From Paramoeba atlantica (Eukaryota; Protista; Discosea): a DNA stretch of 64,000 nt. The DNA is taken from NCBI GenBank assembly GCA_977017575.1, contig CDRNVI010000029.1, forward strand, positions 620,001 through 684,000. Direction: 5' to 3'. This document shows, one piece after another, positions 44,278 through 55,447 of the stretch (its first letter is position 1; every line of letters starts with the position of its first letter). Under the pieces are notes generated by a model that was not told the origin of the DNA, did no database searches, and saw only the letters and a program-made list of their open reading frames with translations. The translations under genes and the position numbers were made by a program.

Positions 44278-45051
44278 ATGGGTAAAGTCGTCCTCGCGCA
44301 GCGCCGCGGCAAGGGATCCGTCTTCACCTCCCACACCCACAAGCGCAAAGGGGCCGCGAAGCTCCGCAAGCTCGACTACCACGAGCGCAAAGGGTACCTC
44401 CGCGGGGTCGTGCGGGAGCTGCTCCACGACCCGGGCCGCGGGGCGCCGCTCGCGCGGGTCGAGTTCCGGCACCCCTACCGCCTGCGGCGGGTCTCGGAGC
44501 TCATGGTCGCGACCGAGGGGATGTACACGGGGCAGTTCGTGTACTGCGGCCGCAAGGCGGACCTCGCGGTGGGGAACACCCTGCCGCTGGCCGCGATGCC
44601 CGAGGGGTGTGTGGTGTGCAGCGTGGAGAGTAAGCCCGGGGACCGGGGGAACCTGGTGAAGGCGAGCGGGAACTACGCCCTGGTGATCTCCCATAACCCG
44701 GAGACGGGGCGTACGCGGCTGAAGCTGCCGTCGGGGCAGAAGAAGAGTGTGGTGAGTGCGTGTCGCGCGACGGTGGGGATTGTCGCGGGTGGGGGGAGGG
44801 TGGAGAAGCCCGTGTTGAAGGCGGGGAACTCGCATTGGCGGTTCCGCGGGAAGCGGAATAACTGGCCAAGAGTGCGGGGTGTTGCGCGAAACCCCGTGGA
44901 ACATCCTCATGGAGGAGGGAACCATCAGCATATTGGTCACCCCAGCACGGTGTCTCGACACTGTCCCCCGGGGCAGAAGATTGGGCTGATTGCGGCCCGA
45001 CGGACGGGGCGGATGCGAGGGGGGAAGAAAGATGTGCGAAAGGAGGAGTAA
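44278..45051 (+). CDS. RPL8: 60S ribosomal protein L8 (uL2)
   Basis: [50 protein letters not shown]. Confidence 0.99.
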   Translation: MGKVVLAQRRGKGSVFTSHTHKRKGAAKLRKLDYHERKGYLRGVVRELLHDPGRGAPLARVEFRHPYRLRRVSELMVATEGMYTGQFVYCGRKADLAVGNTLPLAAMPEGCVVCSVESKPGDRGNLVKASGNYALVISHNPETGRTRLKLPSGQKKSVVSACRATVGIVAGGGRVEKPVLKAGNSHWRFRGKRNNWPRVRGVARNPVEHPHGGGNHQHIGHPSTVSRHCPPGQKIGLIAARRTGRMRGGKKDVRKEE

Positions 45052-45363
45052 GGGAAGTTTTGTTCTTGTTTTTGTTTGATTCAAAGAAAGAGTGAAGAAG
45101 GAAGTGTAAAAGGGTTTTGAGAAGGTTAATGTGCTATCTAGATAATCATGTATGGAGAAAAGAGGTGTGAAAGAAAGAATATCAAAAGAGTGTATTTCCT
45201 GTTCTTATCTGAAAATGCATAATATCTGAAAATGCAATTATGATTCATTACGAAATAGTTTTTTTACGTTTTTTGTCGAACGAAGAACGACAGAACGTCC
45301 TCTAATCATCTTCCTTACTTTTATTTTCTCTCTCCCTTTTATACGTTTTATCCTCCCTCATTC

Positions 45364-45999
45364 ATGGGCCCTATTAGTAAAACCAAAAAATTCGTCGCCG
45401 ACGGTGTTTTTTACTGCGAACTTGACGAATTCCTCCAGCGCCACCTCGCGGAGTACGGCTACTGCGGCGTCGAGCACCGTGTCACGCCCCAGCGCACTGA
45501 CCTCTACATTCGTGTCACAAAGGCACGCGAGGTCATGGGGCCGAAGAACGTGCGGCTGCGTCAGCTCACCGCGCTGGTCCAGCAGCGGTTTAACTTCCCC
45601 GAGGGCGGGGTCGCGCTGTTCACCGACCGGGTCGTTCGCCGGGGCATCAGTGCCGCGGCAATGGCCGAGTCCCTGCGGTACAAACTCCTCGGGCAGGTCG
45701 CCGTCCGCAAGGCGTGCTACAACACCCTGCGGTTTGCCATGGAGAGTGGCGCCCAGGGGATTGAGATCGTGGTGAAGGGAAAGGTCCGACAGCAGCGTGC
45801 AAAGTCGATGAAGTTCCGCCAAGGGTACATGATCAAGAGCGGGGACGCCACGGGGTCGTTTGTGGATAGTATCAAACGGTCGGTGTTGCTACGGCAGGGG
45901 ATTATGGGCATTAAGCTGTCGATCATGTTGCCCGCAGGGGAGCCTGGTGTAAAGGCACAGCCCGATAAGTTTGAGATTCCGGAGCCTAAGGTTGTGTGA
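45364..45999 (+). CDS. RPS3: 40S ribosomal protein S3 (uS3)
   Basis: [40 protein letters not shown]. Confidence 0.97.
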   Translation: MGPISKTKKFVADGVFYCELDEFLQRHLAEYGYCGVEHRVTPQRTDLYIRVTKAREVMGPKNVRLRQLTALVQQRFNFPEGGVALFTDRVVRRGISAAAMAESLRYKLLGQVAVRKACYNTLRFAMESGAQGIEIVVKGKVRQQRAKSMKFRQGYMIKSGDATGSFVDSIKRSVLLRQGIMGIKLSIMLPAGEPGVKAQPDKFEIPEPKVV

Positions 46000-46264
46000 G
46001 TGGAGAATTCGAAGTCAGGAAAGGGTCCAGCGAAAGTAGGAAAGAGGTTTAAGCGGAAAATGAATAAATAGCAAGAAAGCTGAATGTTTAACACAAGGAC
46101 CGTTCAGTCATTTGTATTTTAGATCAAAATCATTCGTCAACTTTAAAAAATGTTTTTCATTTATTATGTTTTTATTTAGGATATTAAAAAAATTCTCCCT
46201 ATCCCACCAATCTCATTCGAAAATAAAGTCTTTTCCTTTTTTTCCCTATCCCACTCTGTCTATC

Positions 46265-47914
46265 ATGATGAAACGCGCATCTTCTCTCCATCCCCTCCGC
46301 CTCTCCTCCCCCTCCCTCCCCTTCCTCCTCTCCCTACGGCACCAATCCCGCCGTGGACCCCCGGGAGGTCCCCTCGGCGGCTCACCCCCTCCCTTCGGCA
46401 TGGGTTCCGACCCCCGCGGTCCCCCTCCCCCCGGCTACCCCGGCCATCCCCAACCCGGTTACCCCCCCGCCGGAGCTATGGGCTACCCCCCTGACCCCCG
46501 CATGATGCCACCCCATGGAGGGCCAGGCGGCCGCCCCCCCATGCCCCCTCCAGGAGCCCCCTCCGGAAACCTTGACCCCGGTTATGGCTACCCCAGTAGC
46601 ACTCCACCTCACCCAGGAGCCATGTCTCGAGGAGGAGGCATGTCTTCCTCATCCGTGCCTCCACAATTTCAACAACATCAACAACAACAACCTCCTCAAT
46701 TTCAACAACATCAACAAGCACCATCTCAATTTCAATCCTCACCATCTCAATTTCAACAACCCCAACAACAGCAACCCTCCCCGCCCCCCTCCCCCCCTCC
46801 CCGTCCCTCTCCCCCCCACTTCCTCTCCCTCGAGAACGTCCCCGAGGATAAGGCCACGTCCCCCATGGGGAACGGCATCGTCACCCTCTCCCTCGCTCGG
46901 GGCAAACAAAACAACGCGCTCCACCTCGAGACCCTACAGGAACTCACCGCCTGGATACACTACCTGGGGAACCACGACCAGGTGAGGGGAGTCGTGCTGA
47001 CCGGAAAAGGAACACCGGGGGGGTTAAGCGCGTCAAAGGAATCAACGAAGGCGTCAAAGGAATCAACAAACGATTCAAAGAGTGACTCAAAAGACTCAAA
47101 AGATGCTTTAAAGGACTCAACCGATGCTTTAAAGGACTCAACCGATGCTGTAAAGGAATCAACAGATGCTTTAAAGGAACCAACCGATTCTTTAAAGGAA
47201 CCAACAGGTTCTTTAAAGGACTCAACAAACTCTTCAACGGTTCTCCCCACGCTTTGTTTCAGCACAGGTCTGGACCTTGCGGAGTTCATCGCGCCCAACA
47301 AGGAGCGCTTCGAGGCCTACTGGGGACTCGTGCAGGAGACCTGGATGCTGTTGACCTCATTTCCCAAGGTCCTGGTGGCCGCGGTGGTGGGGGAGGCCAG
47401 GGGTGGGGGGTGTTTGCTGGCCATGACCGCGGACTACCGCGTGATGGTGAAGCCACAAGCGGGGAGTGGGGGGGAGAAGAAGGGTAAAGAAAACTCCCCG
47501 GTGATTGGCCTGGATGATGTCTCTCGTGGTCTTACGGTGCCTCCGTGGTTGATTGGGCATTTGGCGTATTTGGTCGGGGGTCGACGTGCGGAGCGTATGG
47601 TGCAGCTGGGGGAGTGTCTGGGCGCACAGGAGGCGGCACAGGCGGGGTTGGTGGATGAGGTGTGTGAGGACGTGAAAACCTGCCTCGCCCAGGCTCATGA
47701 GATGGCGCAAAAGCTGGCGGAGATGCCCGAGCAGGGGCGGTGGATGACGAAGGATATGGCGCGCCGGGAGTTGTTCCGGTTCCTCAGTGAGGAGGAGGAC
47801 CGGAAGTATGATGTGGAGTTTTTTAGCAAGTTTGTGCAGCACCCGGAGGTGCAGAAGAATTTGGTCGCGTCAAAGCGGGAGGCAGAGGGAAAGTCCGCGG
47901 AGGGTGAAAAGTAG
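46265..47914 (+). CDS. Mitochondrial enoyl-CoA isomerase/crotonase-family protein with Pro/Gln-rich N-terminus
   Basis: Presequence-like MMKRASS...RHQS, then FSTGLDL, GGGCLLAMTADYRVM, IGLDD, AQAGLVDEV. Confidence 0.85.
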   Translation: MMKRASSLHPLRLSSPSLPFLLSLRHQSRRGPPGGPLGGSPPPFGMGSDPRGPPPPGYPGHPQPGYPPAGAMGYPPDPRMMPPHGGPGGRPPMPPPGAPSGNLDPGYGYPSSTPPHPGAMSRGGGMSSSSVPPQFQQHQQQQPPQFQQHQQAPSQFQSSPSQFQQPQQQQPSPPPSPPPRPSPPHFLSLENVPEDKATSPMGNGIVTLSLARGKQNNALHLETLQELTAWIHYLGNHDQVRGVVLTGKGTPGGLSASKESTKASKESTNDSKSDSKDSKDALKDSTDALKDSTDAVKESTDALKEPTDSLKEPTGSLKDSTNSSTVLPTLCFSTGLDLAEFIAPNKERFEAYWGLVQETWMLLTSFPKVLVAAVVGEARGGGCLLAMTADYRVMVKPQAGSGGEKKGKENSPVIGLDDVSRGLTVPPWLIGHLAYLVGGRRAERMVQLGECLGAQEAAQAGLVDEVCEDVKTCLAQAHEMAQKLAEMPEQGRWMTKDMARRELFRFLSEEEDRKYDVEFFSKFVQHPEVQKNLVASKREAEGKSAEGEK

Positions 47915-48328
47915 TGCGGAAGAAGCTGTCCATGTTTTAGCGAGCGAGGTGTTGATGGCGATAATTATTTTTAATGAAAACGAATGGATCCTGTAGGCGA
48001 CGATGGTAGGCTTCGTGTAATTTTTTTTATGTGTGGCATAAAATTCTTTTCTACCGCACTTATTACACAACTTTTGTTTGTTGCATGTTAATTTTCCTTT
48101 GATAAGTAAGAACAAATCAATACCTTTGTATGCATCGATACCTTTTTTACGTATTGATCTGTGCCGTCTGATAATGGTCTTTGTCCCGGACAGTACTATT
48201 GATGCGAAATTCAAATTGCATTGAAAAATATCAGTAAATACCCGCAATATCGTTATTTTTTGATGAGCTAGTCGATCATAGGAATACATCACGCTACTAT
48301 TTCCGTTTATGTCCGATTTCTACTAAAC

Positions 48329-49105
48329 ATGTCAAAAAAGAAGCATGCACGCAGAAAGGAAAGGGTCGTGAATGAGAGCTCTGATCAAACTACCCGCCAA
48401 AGCAATGACGAGGAACAGACAAACGATTTATCGGCCGTTGAACAAAATCTAAGAAAAATAAGTTTGGCTAATCAGCCTTTGCAAGAGAATGAGCCTCACA
48501 AACCCTGCGTTCTTTCCGAGCTCTACACCGTCCCGCACCGACTCCCTGAGGTAAGTTACTATTTCACGCAGTACAGCGGCCGTGAAGAGGAGCTCGATGC
48601 CATTATGCAGCTCATGGCAAGTGATCTCAGTGAACCCTACAGCATTTTTACCTATCGCTACTTTCTAAATACCTGGCCCGATCTTTGTGTGCTGTGCAAG
48701 TTGCAGCAACAGAATCCCTCGAAAGGGACAGCGAAGTCGAGTTCTACGGGAGAGAACGTCCCAGAATCTGGAACTAGCCTCTCGGATGCAAGCGAGGATC
48801 CTATCATTGGATGTATTATTAACAAAGTAGACCGAAAAAGTCAGGCACATCCTCTGCGGGGATATATTGCCATGCTTGCGGTGGAGAAGAAATACCGAAA
48901 ATGTGGCATCGGGTCCGAACTTGTGTGCGCAGCGGTTGATTTAATGAAACAGACAAAATGCGAGTGGGTGTATTTGGAGACTCCAATTGAGAACAACGGA
49001 GCGCTGCGTCTGTACGAGAATCTCTCCTTTGCCAGAGACAAACGATTGGCGAAATATTATCTTTCCGGGAGTGACGCCTTCCGTCTTAAGCTTTGGCTTT
49101 CCTAA
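48329..49105 (+). CDS. NAA30: NatC catalytic N-acetyltransferase (Mak3/Naa30)
   Basis: DLSEPYSIFTYRYFL, RGYIAMLAV, GIGSELV, ALRLYENL, DKRLAKYYLSGSDAFRLKL. Confidence 0.95.
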   Translation: MSKKKHARRKERVVNESSDQTTRQSNDEEQTNDLSAVEQNLRKISLANQPLQENEPHKPCVLSELYTVPHRLPEVSYYFTQYSGREEELDAIMQLMASDLSEPYSIFTYRYFLNTWPDLCVLCKLQQQNPSKGTAKSSSTGENVPESGTSLSDASEDPIIGCIINKVDRKSQAHPLRGYIAMLAVEKKYRKCGIGSELVCAAVDLMKQTKCEWVYLETPIENNGALRLYENLSFARDKRLAKYYLSGSDAFRLKLWLS

Positions 49106-49353
49106 ATCGCGTGCGTTTGAATGGGTCGTACGATAAAAGAAATGGCAGCATCATTCACTTGTATTCATATTCGACGTTAATAAATCGACGTTAACGTTCT
49201 AAGGCTTATAGTCTGCCAGTAATGATATTTAGTTCTAACTACTAATCTCTTTTTGGGAATGCGTATATTTACACTTTTCAAACTCACAAGGGCACTAGCA
49301 TCAGACTATTCTCTTCGAAACGTTTAATAAATGCATTTTTAAATGCAAAAAAA

Positions 49354-49995
49354 ATGCATTCAATTTTGCTGGACACAGCTGACTTGCCATCTCGCTCAGC
49401 GAAGGTGCGAGGAGCTAACTTGCCACAAGAATTCACTCTGTCACAGTTCATAAGCCACATTGAGACTTCCGAAGATTCTTGGGGTTCTCACACTCCTGCA
49501 TGCGAATGGTCTTTTGTTGTATGTAATTCAGAAAAGCAAGTAACCGATCTACGATGGGGCATTTCCTTTTTCAAGGGTCGGCACCCTACCCTAAAGGGCG
49601 AATTCTTGTGGAAATACTTACCCGACACACTGTTAGATTTCGACGCAAGGCGTCACTTATTGAAAGGTCCTGTAGAACTTCCTCTTTTACCTCCTCATTT
49701 GCAAGATTGTCGCCTGAGTTCAAATGCGTTTACCGGAACGTTAGATCTAACACAGCTACCATCCACACTTTGGCGCTTGTATTTGGATAGAAATAAGTTT
49801 GTAGGTAAGATTGACGTGTCACGCCTTCCAACATCGATCCAATATATCAACTTGAGTCACAATAAATTATGTGGGAAAGTGGAGCTTGTAAAACTCCCGA
49901 AGAGTTTATTAGAATTCGACATCTCTTTCAACCTTTTATCAGTGCCTAGTTTTATGTCCGGGGTCATCAAAAGTGGAGGCCAAAACGTTTCATGA
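49354..49995 (+). CDS. Leucine-rich-repeat protein
   Basis: CEWSFVVC N-cap and LxLxxNxFxGxLDLxxLP repeats, resembling the expanded LRR family recalled for Perkinsela. Confidence 0.85.
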   Translation: MHSILLDTADLPSRSAKVRGANLPQEFTLSQFISHIETSEDSWGSHTPACEWSFVVCNSEKQVTDLRWGISFFKGRHPTLKGEFLWKYLPDTLLDFDARRHLLKGPVELPLLPPHLQDCRLSSNAFTGTLDLTQLPSTLWRLYLDRNKFVGKIDVSRLPTSIQYINLSHNKLCGKVELVKLPKSLLEFDISFNLLSVPSFMSGVIKSGGQNVS

Positions 49996-50135
49996 TGATT
50001 AAACTACAATCATCGGTAGAAAACGAAGTGGGTAAAGGAAAAGTGTTTATAACTCTAACATACATGTAGTTAGGAAGAAGGATGAAGTTCAAGGGGCTAT
50101 GATTTTTCGTGAAACACTATAAAATTTTCTAAATA

Positions 50136-50240
50136 GGCTCTTCGTTAAACGCAGTCGTTGTTTTCAACTTAGAAGTCACTCATGCTGCGCGCTTCGCGTT
50201 GAAAACTACCACCGCGTATAACGAAGAGCCTAAAAAAGAA
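50136..50240 (-). repeat. Terminal hairpin of the ~920-bp family
   Basis: ggctcttcgttaaacgc...ttagaagtcactcatgctgcgcgcttcgc...aacgaagagcc. Confidence 0.85.
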
Positions 50241-50541
50241 AAATCGCCAGTAAATCTTGAATAATCTAGTTTTTTGGGTGAAAAACCTCGATTTTTCCCC
50301 AAAAATTGTGAAATTTTACTTTTGGGCCGTTTTTGATGCCTTACCAGTAGGGGCAGGAGGCGACTCTGTCGGAAAAAAGAATGGTAGCTGGGGTCCCAAA
50401 CTCCTAAAACACGTTTTAGGAGTCGATTTTGGAAAAATAACATTTTTGCTTTTTTTGGGTCAAAAAAAGATTTTTTTTGGTCATCCCAAACAATCAAGAT
50501 TTCGAAAATTTCAAAAACCGACGTATGCCCCCCCCCACTCG

Positions 50542-50696
50542 CACATTGATAATGCATAGTTACTGCACATTGATAATGCATAACGTGCCGCACATTGATA
50601 ATGCATATAGCACATTGATAATGCATATAGCACATTGATAGTGCATACTAAGCGGCACATTGATATTGCATAGTTACTGCACATTGATAATGCATA
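50542..50696. repeat. ~17-bp minisatellite (gcacattgataatgcata)n
   Basis: Continues after the Tc1 insertion at 51476-51560; inverted array at ~51965-52205. Confidence 0.9.
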
Positions 50697-51475
50697 CAGG
50701 GGGGATCACCAATATCGGGACACCCGCCATTTTTGTGCCATGTGTCCGTTTCACCTGATTTTTGTTGCAAAAGGGAGATCTCGACGCGAATATGATCGGA
50801 ACGACATTTTGCGCCTATTTAAACACACTTGCAAAAAATGGTATAAAAAAAATAGAAAAAATCTCCAAAAAAATATGCAAATTTATGTAAAAATTGTGCA
50901 AATCCCGTTAAAATTGTCTATTAAAGGACACATTTCTCTTTTATTAAGTTCCAAATGGGAAAACGACATAGATTAAACTTCCGTCATGTATCCCCCGAGC
51001 ATGCATCCTACGGCACACGGATTGTGAGCGCGCACGAAGTGCATCAAGGCAAGTCTATGAGGGAAACAGCATGTTTGATGAATTGCGGAAAGAGCAGTGT
51101 TCATCGCTATGTTGAGCGATTTGCCAAAACAGGTGATGTGCAACGGAAAAACTACGTACGTAGTCCAACGGTTATCACAGACGAGTTTAAGCAAACGCTT
51201 GTTACTCTTGTAGAGAGTAAACGTAGTAACCCGTACGGGTGTCCGGGATTTAAAAGGGTGTACAAAAGACTTGATCGAAACCTCTACCCCTGCGGTCTCA
51301 TGACTGTGAAACGAGCCTTGAAAAAGATGGGGTACGTCATGAAGACGATGATTCGAAAGCCTGTACTAACTCCTTTACATAAGGAAGTCGAGATCTCTCT
51401 TTTGCAACAAAAATCAGGTGAAACGGACACATGGCACAAAAATGGCGGGTGTCCCGATATTGGTGATCCCCCCTG
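50697..51475 (+). mobile_element. Internally deleted Tc1/mariner element (~90-bp TIRs) encoding only the HTH domains
   Basis: ta|cagggggatcaccaatatcgggacac ... gtgtcccgatattggtgatcccccctg|ta; ORF MGKRHRL...SMRETACLMNCGKSSVHRYVERFAKTGDV. Confidence 0.88.
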
Positions 51476-52199
51476 TATAGCACATTGATAATGCATATAG
51501 CACATTGATAATGCATACAGCACATTGCTAATGCATACAGCACATTGATGATGCATTATTTGGAAATTGAAGGTGTTTTCAAGAAATAGTGAACACTCGT
51601 CTCTGCTCCCGGTGAGGCCCCGGAGTTGCGAGAGGCCTCCATACCCCACAACTACCACCTTCCCCCCCTATTTAGCGGGGGACGCGCGAGCGACCCCTGA
51701 TAAATGGGGGGAAGGTGGTAGTTGTTTTGGGGAATATGAGAACGCACGGAGGGGCCGGCCGGGCCAATGAACCCAGACACCATACCCAACCCCTAGCAAA
51801 GCCTAGGCCTTGTTTACCCGTTTGCAAGACAAGAATGTGTGTCGTTCGAAGCAATTTGCGAAGTCGAAAGGCTGTGTGATATTAGTGTAACGCGCATAAG
51901 TACATGCCCGTGTATATAAAGGACGCACATTTATGGATAAGAATCGGATGTCTTTGTCACTCTTATTATCGACGTATATGCATTATCGAGATATATGCAT
52001 TATCGACGTATATGCATTATCAATGTGCCGCTTAATATGCATTATCAATGTGCCGCTTAGTATGCATTATCAATGTGCCGCTTAGTATGCATTATCAATG
52101 TGCTATATGCATTATCAATGTGCTATATGCCATATCAATGTGCTATATGCCATATCGATGTGCTATGTGCATTATCAATGTGCCGCTTAGTATGCATTA

Positions 52200-52413
52200 T
52201 CAATGTGCGGGCGCCTCCCCCTGGACCCCCCCCATGGATCCCCCCCATGGACACCCCATTTTTTACAATTTTTTTTTCAATTTTGGACCACCGGGGCCCC
52301 CCTTTATATTTTTTTCTTCTATTATATTACTGTGTTCCTCTTTACATTTTCACTGTTTTTGTTCACTTTTTTTTCAATAATCGAGGGTAGAGCGGTAGTT
52401 TTACAACCACCGC
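52200..52413 (-). repeat. Partial copy (5' end) of the ~920-bp family
   Basis: cccctggaccccccc...gcggtagttttacaaccaccgc. Confidence 0.8.
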
Positions 52414-52600
52414 AATGCATATTAGCACACTGATAATGCTTATAGGCACACTGATAATGAATAAAACTCGCACACTGATAATGCATAGTAATATGCAACC
52501 ACCGCTAGTAGTATACAACCACCGCAATTACTGTGTACCTCTTTATATTTTCACTGTCTTTGTTCACTTTTTTTGCAATAATCGAGGGTAGACTAAACTA

Positions 52601-53367
52601 CAGGGGGGATCAGCTTGATCTGGGGGGGGTCTAAAATTTTTAATACTTGGCCAATTTTGGAAAATGATAGCGCATTCGAGAGCTCTCACATAACCCTCTG
52701 GTGGATATCGTTTCCCGTGAAATTAGCAGTATCGTAAAATGGTAAGAGGACCAAAAACGTCAATTGCAAGTTTTTTAAGAAATTTCACCTTTTTGGGATA
52801 AAATTGAGCAGACGAACCTAGTACCCACAGTGTCCCCCTCCTTTTCTATTTCTGTTTGGCACACTATTCTGTTTGGCACACTTTTTAATGTGCGTTCAAC
52901 GAAACGAACTTCACTAAGCAGCTCATTGTACGAAGCTGTGGTGGATTCTTTCAATAAATCACAGTTCAGTGGATTTTTTCTGCACTTTATGACATCCATC
53001 ATTAACCATAAATTTTCGATAGGAGTCATGTCTGGAGTTTTGGGTGGCCAATCCAGCATTCTGACCCCGTTATTCTTGAAAATGTGCCCTTCGAAAATGC
53101 ACCCTTCGTTGTGGCATGAGTGATCAATAAATGGGGAAAAAACAGGAAAAATCCAAAAGCGAAAATAGAAAATGCAATATTTGCAACACAAAAAAATATT
53201 TTTTTTGACAAAATGCGTTTTGAGTAAGAATGCGGGAAACGATATACACAATATGGTGTATATACCACCAGAGGGCTATGTGAGAGCTCTCGAATGCGCT
53301 ATTATTTTCTAAAATTGGCCAAGTTATATGAATTTTAGACCCCCCCAGATATAGCTGATCCCCCCTG
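52601..53367 (-). mobile_element. Internally deleted Tc1/mariner element retaining the C-terminal catalytic fragment
   Basis: ta|caggggggatcagc ... gctgatcccccctg|ta with ~100-bp TIRs; LDWPPKTPDMTPIENLW. Confidence 0.85.
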
Positions 53368-53507
53368 TATATTTATAACGTCTTTGGGACCCTTGGTAAG
53401 TAACGCGTGATTTTAGCGCGTTGTAAGTAAATTTTAGCGCATTTTACTATAGTCTTCTGTTCCAACAGTTTCTTTTTAAAACCCTCGCCGCTGACTTACT
53501 CTACCCC

Positions 53508-54122
53508 ATGCCTGCTGCGAGGATCCAGCCCCAAAACCTGCTCACGCGCTATGCCAATCTCTTCCGTCACTATCCCATTCGTATGAATATGGTCAACGGG
53601 GGAATCATCATGGGCGTCGGGGATGCTACCGTACAATATATCGAGCGTAACCGCGACCTCACAAACTCATCCAACAGCGGACACAGTTTTCGTCGTAGTG
53701 CTGTGATGGTCTCGTATAACATGTTTCTGTCCTGTCCCTACTGGCTGGGCTTCTTTCGCATGCTCGACGGTCGTTGGCCCGTGGACACGTTTCGCGCAAG
53801 TCTTAAAAAGTCACTCATGTGCTGGGCGTTCGGTGGCACGACCTCCAGTCTGCTGTTTGTCACCTATAGCACCTCTCTGGAGTATTACTGCATGCCGCAG
53901 AGGTCGTTGGGAGGGAAAGTGCAGGAGCCTTTCTCGCTCTATGAGACGCTGCAGAAAGATTTTCGAGCCAAACTACCCGCCTTGGTGACAGGTGCGGGGT
54001 TGTTTTGGATTCCCAACAACACGCTGTTGTTTTATTGTATGCCCCGACACCTTAGACTGCTCTTCGGTAACACCGTAAGTGTGTTTTGGAGTAGCTTTAT
54101 GAGTTGGATACAGCATAAATAG
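53508..54122 (+). CDS. Mpv17/PMP22 family membrane protein
   Basis: N-terminal YANLFRHYP..NMVNGG..MGVGD..VQ; C-terminal FWIPNNTLLFYCMPRHLRLLFGNTVSVFWSSFMSW. Confidence 0.88.
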   Translation: MPAARIQPQNLLTRYANLFRHYPIRMNMVNGGIIMGVGDATVQYIERNRDLTNSSNSGHSFRRSAVMVSYNMFLSCPYWLGFFRMLDGRWPVDTFRASLKKSLMCWAFGGTTSSLLFVTYSTSLEYYCMPQRSLGGKVQEPFSLYETLQKDFRAKLPALVTGAGLFWIPNNTLLFYCMPRHLRLLFGNTVSVFWSSFMSWIQHK

Positions 54123-54430
54123 AGCTAGACACAAAGCGTAAGTAAGACACACAGTATAAGTAGAGCTAGACACCTACCCTTTTTTCTAAATTTTTTTTCT
54201 TTTTCTTTTGAAAGTAATTGTCCATAAACATTCTTACGTCTTTGTGCTTGTACTTTTGACTGAAAGTTCAAAAAGAAAATTTCAAGCAATGTTACTACAA
54301 GTTGCTTTAAACCCCCATATGGACACATGTAGGGATACATTGGCCACTATGGTGGATAAAATCTTACCTCTTTTCTTCGATTATAGCTTTGTTCTCTAGC
54401 CTCTCTCTGCCTCTCTCTCACTCCCCTCCC

Positions 54431-54997
54431 ATGGAGGTCAACGAGGCCATATGGAAAGCTCAGGAAGATGTCCATCGACTCCAGGACGAGCATGAACAAG
54501 AGTTGATGCAGCTGGAACAAAAAATGTGGAATGAGATCCAACCCGCTTTGGACCAGCGCGACACCCTGGTGGGAAAAGAGTTCACCTCCCCTGGGGAGTT
54601 CTGGTGGCGTGTGATGACACATCCCAGCTCGCCGATGTTTGAACACGTCGACAACGCAGACGAGCGTTTCTTTCGAGCGCTCACCGATGTGAAACTCACC
54701 GCCCATGGCAATTTTATGAAACTTACCTTTCGGCTCTCTGCGAATCCCTTTGTACAGGATGGGGAGCTCTGGCGTGTGGGGCGATTTACCGACCCGGAAG
54801 TGGTCCCGGATAAACTCTTCAGCGGGGTAAACTGGAAGGATGGCACCGAGAAGATGCGTGAGAGCAGCTTTTTAAACTTTTTTTGTGAAAAAGCAGATGA
54901 GGATCAGGTCGGGGAGGTCTTTGAAGCGCTGTGCAATGATGTGTATCGCAGTCCGTTGAAGTATTTGAGTTCAGGGGCGGTTCCGATTGCGCTTTGA
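54431..54997 (+). CDS. NAP/SET-family histone chaperone
   Basis: Coiled N-helix, QRD, FWWRVM, ALTDV, TFRLSANPF, GVNWKDG, SFLNFF. Confidence 0.82.
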   Translation: MEVNEAIWKAQEDVHRLQDEHEQELMQLEQKMWNEIQPALDQRDTLVGKEFTSPGEFWWRVMTHPSSPMFEHVDNADERFFRALTDVKLTAHGNFMKLTFRLSANPFVQDGELWRVGRFTDPEVVPDKLFSGVNWKDGTEKMRESSFLNFFCEKADEDQVGEVFEALCNDVYRSPLKYLSSGAVPIAL

Positions 54998-55447
54998 TGG
55001 TTGAGGTTGCGGTTTTGCACCGTTAGGTTTTACTTCGAAAAATACGGTTAATAAGTTGGGTGCCAACGTAGCTTGGGACCCCCACATACTATGATCTCCA
55101 TCACAGTGAGGTAAAGATTTTGTTTTCTTCTAAAAAACATTCAACATTTCAGGGAAACTCATCGTTCTTTCTGAACATCGTTCACAACGTTATTCATTGT
55201 CTGGACGTAAAACTTAAAAAAATGTCGTTGACTTGTCATTCTCATAAAAAAAGATACCTTAAGTCCTCCGACTGCGCATGTAGCTATACGCGTACATGTA
55301 CTACTTCGTTGTTTAAGACATCACCAAACAAAATGTTGTACAGAGAAGGTTAACCATTTTTAATTAATTTATTTTTTTTATTCGTACGGAAATAAAGTGG
55401 AAATAGAGTGCACATTTTTAGATTGTATGATCAGATAGTAATACATA

